A stretch of 64,000 bases of DNA, taken from NCBI GenBank assembly GCA_965202585.1, contig OZ241827.1, positions 5,456,001 to 5,520,000 on the forward strand. The letters run 5' to 3'. Position 1 is the stretch's first letter; each line of letters begins with the position of its first letter. Below, piece after piece: positions 53,347 to 63,880 of this stretch. The DNA comes from Thalia democratica (Eukaryota). Under the pieces are notes generated by a model. The model was not told where the DNA came from, searched no databases, and saw only the letters and a list, made by a program, of their open reading frames with translations. Position numbers and translations under genes: made by a program.

Positions 53347-53530
53347 ATGTCAATTCTAAGGTTCGCTTTTACAAATAGGCTCTTCAAGGGCCGCGTTTTT
53401 ATACAGAGAGTAGAAAAGTTTTCTTCGAGTACTGGTAGTGGAAAACCTCCGAATAATGGAAATGAAGGAGATGAAAATAATAACGGAAAAGGAAGAGATG
53501 AACACTCAGTGTTCGATGATACTTCTAAAA
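53347..53530 (+). CDS. Orphan K/E-rich protein, exon 1 (mitochondrial-presequence-like N-terminus)
   Basis: ATG 53347 gives MSILRFAFTNRLFKGRVFIQRVEKFSSSTGSGKPP...DDTSK, then a phase-1 donor A|GTAAAC at 53531. The first ~22 aa are R/F/L/S-rich with no acidic residues. Joining this exon to the downstream exons is inferred. Confidence 0.6.
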
Positions 53531-54758
53531 GTAAACAATTTCTTTTTATTTTTTATATATGCTAGCACTATTTAACATATAAGTCAAAAACTTTTACCTA
53601 TTTGCATATGCTTCCAACTTAAGGTGAAAAATGACTGCCTAATTTTTAGATAGAAGTTTCTTAAAGAAATTAAACAACTTTTGAGCATATTTCAAAAAAC
53701 AAATGTGCATGTTTAGCTAAAAAAACATTAATGTTTTAATTACGTAGCTATAGGGAACACAGAGTAAAAATTTATTAAATCGCTTTACAAAAGAGTTCTT
53801 TTTTTTTTGTAGACAAAAACTTAAAGGGTAACGTAGTTCATGGTTTAGATTTTTATTCTTTAAACTTAAAACTTATAAATAACCTTGGAAGATAAACAAC
53901 TTTGAGCTAAACTTTCGTAATTTTCATTGGATATAGTTAGTGATGAATTTGAATATAGTATATATGTCTGCTGAATAACTTTAAGAAAAGCTATGCTTTA
54001 AACTAGTTTTTGTTAGCGGACTGAAGATCTTTTTTATTAAGATTAGTTCAAGATCTGTGATTTTTACCTTTCAATAACTTATTTTAGCAAAAATTCATGC
54101 TGAGTTATGCCTTTATATATTTTTTATCAGTTCTAAGGTCTATTGATACACAGAAAGTTGCAATATGTTTATATGTTTATTACTAAAGATCAACCTTGAT
54201 CAAGGAAGTTAAAACTCTATTTAGCACAATAATAAACTAAACAAAAACTAACATAGAAAAAGAATAGAATAATTCTTATTCTTAGCTGGATGTGTTTATT
54301 GAATATGGTTCTGCTTTAAGTATGAAACCGATTATGATGCTTTTAAAGTAAATAGTAAAAAAAAATCATTTTTTTTCGGCTAAGTATAAATTAAGTTTGA
54401 GAAAATAATAAAAGATTAAGCTAAGTTCAATTACAAAAGTACAAAATTATCTAAACTTTTTTATAAGCGCAAGTAGTTTTGTACATAAACATTATAAAAA
54501 AGACTTAAACAAATTAAAAAAGTTGTTACTACATTTGCTTTTTAAAATTATTATTACAAAGCTAAATTAAATCTAATAGTGACTTATAATAGTTACTTGG
54601 TTTTACTACATATAATTGTATAAAACAGTCTACTATTTATCACAAAAATTACTTTGTATAAAGTATTTCTAAGATTTAAATACAATAAGCTTTTAAGTAT
54701 CAAAGTATGTTTTAAAAGATTTTAAAGATGAACATACAAACAACAAATATTACCACAG

Positions 54759-56030
54759 AAACCTTAGAAATCGAACCAGAAAAACCACCGGAACAAAACT
54801 TCCACCCGAATTTCTACATGGACGAGCTCCCGTACTCCAAAATAATCCTGACAAACGTCAAGTACAGCGGAGAGGGGAGGCACAGCAGGGGCTCGAAAAT
54901 AATCGAGGACAAGAGGAAGGCCGAAGAGGGGCAGCAGAAGAAGTCGAAGATGCACCTTAAGGCGGCCGAGGCGATGGAGAAGCTGAGAAGGGACCCGCTG
55001 GTGGGGGCGGCCGTGGAAAAGATGGAGGCCAAAAGGAGGAGCAAGCGGAAGGAGAAGGCGGAGGAACCGAAGAAGGAGGAGGTGATTTTGGAGGAGGTGT
55101 TCAAGCCGAGGATGCACGAGCACTACACGACGCACAAGAACGCCTTGGAGGGTCTGAGGAGGAGCGTAGAGGACAGTAACAAAAAGTTTCCTGATATTGC
55201 GGTGAAGGAGAACAAGTCTGAGAAGCCAGTGTACGCAGACGACTTCAAGCTAGACAAAAACAAGCTTTTAACCTTCCTAAACAAAAACCACGCTGGCCAA
55301 AAAGATACGGCAGTTAAAGAAGTCAAGAGCTCCATAGTAGGACCTAAAAGAGCAACTAAAGAGGAACATATAGATCCGTTTGGTATCGGCACAACGACCC
55401 AGGTCAAGTTAGACTCGATCACGAAGCGCGCCCCGCCTAAAAAAGCTAAGCCTCGCGAAAGCACCAAACCGAAAGAAGTCAGCTACCCTGCTAAAGAAGC
55501 TAAAACTGAGACAAGTTTAGCTACTACAGAAAACAAATCAGCAAGCGACTGTCTGTTCAACGAAAGAGCGAAAATGCTGCAACAAAAGTCTCAAAGCGAA
55601 ACTCCCATCAGCAAAACTTTCAAAGGCATGAAAACATTTCAGAGCAGAATCGACGAACTTTCTAGTGCTTTAATGAAAGGCTTGAACAGAGATAAAAAAG
55701 AAGCGGAAAAAGCACCCAAAGAAGAACCGAAACCGGTGGAAAAAAGCCCCGAAGACGAAAATTTGCAGCAGGTTTTCACACCCAGAAAGCACGAAAGTTA
55801 CACGACTCACAAGGGCGAAGAGTATCAAAACAAAGTAAAAGAAGCCGACAAGCAGGCGATGTCTTCTTTTGTTTTCAAGAAAGTAGACGAATCGAAGCCG
55901 GAGAAGCCCAAGCCGATGAGGAAGCAGCCGGTGAAGAAGCCGAGCAAGAAGAGCTTGGAAGCGGAGAGGACGAGGGTGAAGGCTCTTCCGGAGCCGAAAG
56001 GGTACAGAGTCAATCCTTATATATCAGCAG
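54759..56030 (+). CDS. Orphan K/E-rich low-complexity protein, exon 2 (5' boundary uncertain; the ORF itself is open from ATG 54728)
   Basis: 440-codon ORF with GC far above background. It ends at the donor CAG|GTAGAT (56030/56031, phase 1). Of the AGs I checked near the ORF start, only CACAG|54759 is in phase with exon 1. Confidence 0.8.
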
Positions 56031-56272
56031 GTAGATTACTTAGCAAGTAGATATAGTATTACTAACAAAATTACTTAACTTTTTTTTTTTTGAAAACGTT
56101 TTTTTAGTTTGCTCCTGAAAAAGAAAACATAGTCATAGAAAAAAGAATAAATTTCTACTCAAAAGAACTGTTATATATTTTATTCCTTCAAAAAAATAAA
56201 TCAAAGTTAACAAATTAAATACTAAATTAAACAAGTTTTTAGTGGAATAGTTATTTTATATATTTGTTGCAG

Positions 56273-58167
56273 AAGAAGCAAGAGAGCACTTGCATTCCAT
56301 AAAAGAAGCAAACTCGAAGCTGCAAGAAAAACCAAAACCTTCTGAACCTCAGGAGTTCAAGTTCACGAAAGATGACGACGCAGAGCTAAAGGAGGTGTTC
56401 ACTCCGAGGAAGCAGGAAAGTTACACAACGCACGAGGGGGAGGAGTACGACAAGAAGGCGAAGAAGAAGGCGGAAAAGGAGAGGGAGAGAATGGAGAAAG
56501 AGGAAGAAGCAGAATCGGAGAAGTCGCTGATCGAAAAACTGTTTCAGCCGGTCGTGGAGAAAGTGACACAGATGACGGAAGTGAAACCTCAGCCGGTGGC
56601 AAAGATACCGGTCCAACCGACAGTTGGGAAGCAGAATGAGGTGAAAGTCGAGAAAGAATCCAGCCCGATCGGATTCCACACCATAAACGAAAAACCACAA
56701 ACTGAACTGATACCGGTGGGAGACGTCAAAGAATTTTTGAAGGACGAGAGCAAAATTGTCAAAGAGCCTCCGAAGATGCCGAAGAAAGCTCTGCCCGACA
56801 CGAAAAGGTACAAAGTGAACCCCTACCTGTCCAAAACTGAAGCGAGGAAGAACCTAAAGTCTATCAAAGCGGCAAAAGAAGTTCCTGAAGAGAATTCCAA
56901 ACCTTTTATAATTGACAATAAAATCGTCTCCGAAATTCCCTACATCACAGTGAAAAGAAAGGAAACTCCTGTTGAGGAGAAAAGCCCGCAGGAGATCGCC
57001 AATGACGCCATACTATACAACGAGTTCATGAATGACGTCACAAAAGAAAAGACAAGCTTGTTCGACAAAATCACTCAAGCAAAGGACAAGGCCATGGAAA
57101 AGGCAAAGTTGAAAGCGCCTGAGAAAAAGAAGGAGGCAACTGTGATTCTGGACAGCCTTCGGATATACGAGAAACCGAAGCCTCTGGTTGTTGAAGAAAC
57201 CATAAAGGACGAAACTCCGGCGGTGGACCAGCTTTTGAAAGCTCTCAACAAAAACAAACTAGAACAAGAAGAAGTCGGTGCACCGGAGAAAGTTGAAAAG
57301 GTCGAGGTCTTCGACTACCGGCCGGTTGAAAAGACGATTTCGTTCGGCGGCCCGGAAGAGAGGAAGTTCACCGTCAGGACGATAAGATCGTCGGTGGACA
57401 GGAAGAACGTGCTGTTCAACGTGAACAAGACCGAAAAGAAGGGCTTGGTGGTCAAAGAAGTGGCGGAAGTGGAAAGCGGAATCGATCAGCTGAGCAGGGA
57501 ACTGAAAGAAAGTCAACAGGGTGAAGTCATTGAAAACCCCCAGCAGGAAAAAGGTCACGTTTTCAAAAAGAGGTCGTTGGGCGAGTTGTTCAGGATGCGC
57601 AGAGACGACACGGACTTTCAGCAGAGGAAGATGGTCCGAGCGGAGGAGAGGAGGAGAGCCGAGGAGGCGCACGAGAGGATGATGAAGCAAATGGAGGAAG
57701 CGAGGAAGGAGAAAGAGAGGGTCATGGAGCAGATGAGGAGGAGAAACGATTATTTGAGGAAGAGGGCGGAAGTGAAGAAGAACGATATGACGTCATACAG
57801 CAAATCGAGGATGAGAAGCGACCCCAACGAACCGACCTTCACCAGCAAGAAGGAGTTCGAAGCAAGGAGAAAAGCAGCATTGTTAACAAGTGAAGAAAAT
57901 TTGATTCCTAATCCTGAAATTGACATAAAGCTGATTTCAAACACGGACAACTTCAAAGCTTTCAGCAAGGAAAGTGCTTCCATGTACAAGAAAAACCAAA
58001 GTCCTGAGCTGGATCCTCTGGTGTTGCTGGCAAGCGAGAAGGGAGAAACTTTAGAAATATTAGACCCGAAATCAGACGTGGTGACTCCCGACAAGAACCC
58101 CGAAATCGTAGAAGTCAACAACAAGGACAAGGTCAAGTTGAAAGATTCGGTTTTCGACGGATTCCAG
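56273..58167 (+). CDS. Orphan K/E-rich protein, exon 3
   Basis: Acceptor TTTGTTGCAG|56273 in phase 1 joins exon 2 in frame with the 634-aa ORF (...NPYISA-E-EAREHLHSIK). Donor CAG|GTGATT at 58168 is phase 0. Confidence 0.9.
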
Positions 58168-58273
58168 GTGATTAAAAGTATAATAGTTTGTTAACATATT
58201 TTATGATAAGGAATCTGAACTTTTTAAGTTTTAGTGATAAGTGAGCTAAAAAAAACTTACTGTTTGATTTCAG

Positions 58274-59206
58274 GGGGCGAAGTTGAAAGTCAGGAAGGTA
58301 TTTGACGAACTCAGGGGAACCACCAAGAGCGATCTGACCCCTTCGGACGTGGAGACGATGGGGCTGATAAAGAAGAAGCTGGACAAGATCAGGATCTCCA
58401 AGTCGGAGCTGAAGATGCGCTCGGTCACTTACAAGGGGGAGTCCCTGATGCCGAAAACGGCGGGAAACGACGTCGTGAGCGATCCGGTGGCGGGAAAAGT
58501 TGAGAAAGCAAACGAGGGTCAAAAGCCGAAAAAGTCTAAATCGGGGAATTTTTTGAAGAAGAAAAAGGTCAAGGAGGTTTACGACCCGATGGCCAGCAAA
58601 GCGTCTAAGCCAATCAGCGGAGGCAATGACGACATGTATCACAATGTCGTTGAGAAAATACCCCAAGCAGAGAAGGTTGAAAAAACTAACCGAGAGGTCA
58701 AGACTGGTGACAAATTGAACCGGGAGAGCGTTTTAAAGAAAATACCAAAATCGGCGATAAAAAAGACTTTTTTGAAAAAGAAACCCAAGGTGTACGACCC
58801 GATGTCCAGCCACGCCTCGAGGCCGGTCAGCGGAGGCAACGATGATCTGTACCATAATGTGAACACGAACGTTGACCCCAGGTACGTCCCTGAGAAGAAA
58901 GTGGAAAAAATGGCGGGAAATTTGAAGGTGACGGATATCAACAACGATAAAAAAGTCAAGACTGTTGAAGACGTCGCCGATGAAAAAGTGGTTCCCCGGG
59001 AACTGAAGAAGTCGAAATCGGAGTCGTTCCTGAAGAAAATCGTCAAGGATCACACGTTCGATGGGAGGAAGGTGCAGAAGCAGAAGAAAAAGAAGCTGCT
59101 GGAGCTGTTCCGGGAGAAGACTTTCGAGAGCAGGTTTCAGGAGAAGCAGTACGGATCGAAGCCGACCACGTTCAGAGTGATAAGGCCGAAAGACGGCAAA
59201 AAATAA
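58274..59206 (+). CDS. Orphan K/E-rich protein, terminal exon 4
   Basis: Acceptor TTTGATTTCAG|58274 in phase 0 is in frame with the 307-aa ORF. Stop TAA is at 59204-59206, followed at once by AATAAA motifs. The total modelled CDS is 4284 nt (1427 aa). Confidence 0.9.
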   Translation, partial: GAKLKVRKVFDELRGTTKSDLTPSDVETMGLIKKKLDKIRISKSELKMRSVTYKGESLMPKTAGNDVVSDPVAGKVEKANEGQKPKKSKSGNFLKKKKVKEVYDPMASKASKPISGGNDDMYHNVVEKIPQAEKVEKTNREVKTGDKLNRESVLKKIPKSAIKKTFLKKKPKVYDPMSSHASRPVSGGNDDLYHNVNTNVDPRYVPEKKVEKMAGNLKVTDINNDKKVKTVEDVADEKVVPRELKKSKSESFLKKIVKDHTFDGRKVQKQKKKKLLELFREKTFESRFQEKQYGSKPTTFRVIRPKDGKK

Positions 59207-61427
59207 TAAATATTTGTGAAAAAAAAATAAAAAATTTAATGGTTTATATGATTAGCAAATACTTGTATATAATATATTAAATGTAGCAATGTTTTTTTAA
59301 CTTTTCACTACTTTTAGGGTGATAAGGCCAAATGATGGCAAAAAATAATAAATTGTTGTTTTTTATGTTTAGGTTGTAAAAATAACACAGATAACCAATA
59401 ACAATTTATTAAAACACAACTGGAAAGTTTTTGACATTTTTTTGTTGTGAAAATGTATGTTTTGTTTATATCAAACTTTTGTCTACGCATTTAGCCAAAA
59501 GTTACAACTCGAATTTCTAACACTTGACCAAAAAGTTGTTATATACACAAACTTTTCAGTTCAAATTTCTTAACCATGTTTGTTTAATTTAAAGTTACTT
59601 AAGGTTTTTTTTTATCTTCCGATAGTTAGTTAATCATTTTAAAGCTGAAACTTTCGATAGTTCTTTATTGTTTTTTCTTAGAGTTTAACAAAAGTCACTG
59701 AATTTGTTAACTTGGTTGCTACTATAAAAAATCATGCTCATTTAATATCATATAAACTGGATACTTATAAACTAAAAATTTTTATTAGATGATAGCGCTC
59801 AATATTCTTATCTTATATAAAAAATGTTTTTGCTAAACATTCTAACGATGACGTATTTTTTACAATTTTTTTATTAATAGTTTTTAATGTTTTATCTTGT
59901 TCATTGGTAGATTGACCTAAAAGTAGGTCAATAACTAAAGTCTAATCATGACAAAATATGCTTTAAGTAAGTTTTGTAAAAGATAACACTTAATAAGATT
60001 TAGAATAATTTCTTTTCGAACTTGAAAAAAGTCAGACCCTCATTCTACATGTTATTGTCAACAAAGTAAAACAACATATTTATTTTTTAAAGTTCGGTGT
60101 TTACTTTAATAATGTTTATTTAATAATTGTGATGCTTGTGAACTTTAATAGATTTTGTTTGCATTCAGCTCAAAATTTTACAACATGATCGTACAAGCAA
60201 ACATAGTGTTAATTTTATTTTAAGTTAAACACTTAATGCGAACCGTTTTACGAAGTTAAAAGTACAAAAACAAATAACGACGATTATTGTATTTAGGTTG
60301 GATAATTGAATACATAGTAAATTTATTAATCCATACAACAAAATGCTACTTTCCCAGCAAAAATTTATTTTTTTATAGATAAGTGATACCTACGCTTTAA
60401 AATAACAAGCTCATATGCTCTACATAAATCAAAGTACTTGGCTTAAACAGTTTAACTTTTATATTTTTTAAAGTCGAAAAAAAAGTTTTACTACATGAAT
60501 TGAAAAATGTTATTAAAACTAAGTTTAGATTTGATTATTATTACATGACAAAATATCTATTTGTTTGTAAACCATAAAAATCAAGAATTGCGTAGTTATT
60601 GGTTGTTGAGTTTTTTTTAATTTGTTATAAATTAAACAAGTTAAACTTAAACTATATTTAAATTGAAACAAACTTCATTTTTCACACAAAGGCCAAAACT
60701 TAGCAGAGTTAATATGCAACACTAATTTTTAAACATCATATAATCCAAAAAGATCATTTTTAGCAAATAATATGGAAAACCAAAACATTTTTAAAAACTC
60801 ATTTAAACTTAGCTAAATAAAGTTTTAAAACCACCAGAACAATTGTTTGCTCAACAGCTGCACTTAATTACTTTTGAGAAATTATAAAACTGTTTCTATT
60901 TATTTCACAACAGAGACCTTAAAATTTTTTATATATTCCAATATACACAATAAGTAAAACTTTAAGCTTGACAGTAGTTTTTATTATTCCAACTACATTT
61001 AAACAAATATTTCGTTCGAAATCTAAAAAATCTTTTTAAAGTAAATTTATTTTAGTTTTGAAGACGTCAAGAATTTATGAGGTTTTTTATTGATAAATTA
61101 ATAATGTCTATTTAACTAAACCGAAACTACAGAAATTACAAAATTTCACAAGTTCACAAAGCTTACAAAAATATTCTCAATAACAAGTTGTATAAAATTG
61201 TACTCTGTGGTACATTTAATTGGTAGTAACATTCTTAAATTAAAACAAGCTGCATATTAATTATTCGCTAAAAGTAGACTAAAATCTTCCTTTATGGCAC
61301 CATATAGTTATTACATAATAAAAGTACATCAACTAGTTACTAAAAAGATTAAAATAACAACAATTTACAATGGGAATTTTGATTAAGCATGAAGTGATTT
61401 TTTTTTATAATTAATATATAAAACATT

Positions 61428-61587
61428 TTAGCAACTATAGTTCACGACTTCGCATAACCCATAAAAGCTTTCCTCACAATACGCATCATTAAATCCAACC
61501 CCGAAGTAGATCTCCACACAATCCTCCACTCCCGAACTGTCGTGAGGCTCTCCTTGTATGAAAGAGTACAAGTTGTTTGAAGAATAT
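61428..61587 (-). CDS. C-type lectin terminal exon 4
   Basis: Poly-T TTCCAG| acceptor. Reads (R)YSSNNLYSFIQGEPHDSSGVEDCVEIYFGVGFNDAYCEESFYGLCEVVNYSC-stop, with EPx, EDCV, xND..C and LCE motifs. Confidence 0.93.
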
Positions 61588-62048
61588 CTGGAAAAAAAAA
61601 ATTATGTATTTTTTATTTGAAATGTAGGTGTAAATAATATTGTTAAATAAATAATTTTTTTATATAAGTTTTAGTAAATAAATATTTCCAAGCTTTTGCG
61701 ATTTATAAGGATTTAAAAGAAATTCAAGAAGTAACAGTAAAGTTCGTAAATTCGTTGTAAAATGAGTTTTAGGTTTTTAAAGAGTGTCTGAAAGTATAAG
61801 TTAAGTATTTGGTATATAAGTTCCAAATGATCTAGAGGAGTAACAGCTTTTTAAATTTGAGTGTGTTTAATCTGTGTTGATGCAAATTTAAGTTGATTAA
61901 AAGACTGAAAACCATCTAATAAAGCCAACAAACTTGAGTCTTACACTGTGACTAATGCCTATAACACAATCGCTGCTAATCAAAAAATACTTATTGTTGC
62001 AAAGTGTAGAATTTAGAGTTTAAGACTGATTAAAGGACAAAGTCTTAC

Positions 62049-62159
62049 CTTGGATCATATGAAGTCCCATCAGTCAGTCTGAATTGTCCCTCGACACCTC
62101 TGTCTCCTAAACCGACCCACATTCGGCTGTAAAAACTGTCCACTAGTTGACGTATTTCA
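62049..62159 (-). CDS. C-type lectin exon 3
   Basis: Bounded by TTTCTAG| and AG|GTAAGA. Reads EIRQLVDSFYSRMWVGLGDRGVEGQFRLTDGTSYDP, with the CTLD WIGL-like WVGL.D...EG.F..TDG motif. Confidence 0.93.
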
Positions 62160-62583
62160 CTAGAAAGTGAAAGAAAAATTAATTTAAACGCAAATCTACA
62201 AGCCTATGAAAGAAAAAACAACTGTCTTATTTCACTTAGTTATTAGACAAAATGTCACACTGCTTACATGGAAATAAATACAATATTGATTAATATCAAA
62301 GCATGCAACTCTATAAACTGCTAATTGTCTTATATTACTGAAAAAAATAGTCAAAAGTATTGCATAGTTTATGCTAATTTAAACCACTTGTGGCAAAATA
62401 AATTGGTTAAGCTTACTTATTTTTTCAAACAAGGTAACTTTTTATAAAAACACCAAGTGGCTTCATATAAAAATGCAGTTTAAGAACTATTACTTTTTCA
62501 AGCTAAAAAAATATTTTAAGTACAGTAAAAAGCAGTTCTTAAGTTGTAAACTTTTATTTTATGCTAACTTTTCAATCACCAAC

Positions 62584-62637
62584 CCATGGTATTGGTACCC
62601 CTCAGGTCCGAGGTTGTCGCTCAGAAGTTGCCCTCCA
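62584..62637 (-). pseudogene. Relic duplicate of the 3' half of lectin exon 2
   Basis: 52/54 nt identical to 62892-62945. Both differences are synonymous (GGA/GGG, CAG/CAA). It is followed by a GT donor (GG|GTTGGT) and has no good acceptor. Confidence 0.85.
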
Positions 62638-62751
62638 ACAAATAAATATAATTTTAAAAATAACTATTATAAAATATGATGCTAATCTCAATCAAGCCTT
62701 ATAATTCTTTTTACAAAAAAAAAAAACAATTGTTTTTTTTTTTCAACCAAT

Positions 62752-62793
62752 CCATGATATGTACCCATCTAGTCCAAGGTTATCGCTTAACAG
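62752..62793 (-). pseudogene. Older relic duplicate of the 3' half of lectin exon 2
   Basis: Reads ctg tta agc gat aac ctt gga cta gat ggg tac (LLSDNLGLDGY), followed by a 2-nt deletion and a dead donor (GG|ATTGGT). Confidence 0.75.
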
Positions 62794-62891
62794 TTAAACT
62801 AAAACCACAAAATAATAGCTACTAAGCATTGAAACAAGAATTATTCTAAACTTGTTTACTTTATTTTTCATTTTTAGATTTTTAAACTAGC

Positions 62892-63015
62892 CCATGGTAC
62901 TGGTATCCCTCAGGTCCGAGGTTGTCGCTCAGAAGTTGCCCTCCAGCTTGCTGACACTGCACCTGCGCGTTGTCCCAACTTCCACTAGATGGCGTGATGA
63001 AGAAGCTGTACCTTT
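62892..63015 (-). CDS. C-type lectin exon 2 (start of CTLD)
   Basis: Acceptor CCCACAG|. Reads (K)RYSFFITPSSGSWDNAQVQCQQAGGQLLSDNLGPEGYQYH(G), the typical CTLD W..A...C...GG.L signature. The next exon requires phase 2, which places the donor at GG|GCTAGT (GC donor). Confidence 0.9.
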
Positions 63016-63880
63016 CTGTGGGATGTCATAAATAGTTAAGTTGTTAGGTTTTCATAGAATTTTTTCTACGAACAATTTTTAGGATGAACGTATGAAAACA
63101 AAATTTTTGTAGTTGATTAAAAACTATTTGTGATGCCATAATTCACGCGGTGAAATCGTTGAGCAGACCGTTATTAGGAGCGTAAAAACTTAAACTGTTT
63201 AGCAAACATGAAACAGAGTATTATGCGTTTAAGCATAAACAAAACAAAAAAAAAGTTTTAGTTCGTAAATTTTTGTTTGTGTGATGCAATGACACTTTTA
63301 GTGAGTACAAACCAAATAAAGTATTAAGTAACGACAACATTAGCTTGTTTTAAGTAGCTGAATTGTCGTAAAAGTTTAAGATTGATGTTACGTCATAACT
63401 ATTAAGGTGTTTTGTAGTGGACATACACTGAAAAAAATATTATTTCTTAGATAATACAATGCATTTGGTAGACAACTTTTTGCTGCCAAGAAAAATTAGT
63501 TTTTTTAAACTGTATTTTTCAAAAGTTTTGTGTTGTTTAACTTATATATTTAATCAAATATAATTTTATTGGAAGTTACTATAATTCTTTGCATCTACTA
63601 TAAATTTCTTGTATAAAAGTTTGTCAAAAACTCAACTTACCTTTAGTATTTAATAAACAATTTGCTTAGAAATTCTTGCAGTATTCACCTTAAATGAACC
63701 TGCCAAGAAATTTAAGAAAAATAACTTAAACCTTTCAAATAACATAGTTTAAAGAATCTAAGTCCTGCTGGTAAATTTTTTCTGTTGATTTACATTTTTA
63801 ATACTTAACTTTTGTTAAAAAGCAGTACAACTAGCTAGTTGATTTATTGTTCATTATTAAAATAGTAAAACAACTCAAAC

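Noticed and set aside
54764-59053. Multiple minus-strand ORFs of 60-164 aa
   Set aside because: These are antisense shadows of the purine-rich + strand exons, which lack TTA/CTA/TCA triplets in those frames.
62473-62679. + strand ORF containing NPWYWYPSGPRLSLRSCPP
   Set aside because: It is the antisense reading of the relic lectin exon copy.
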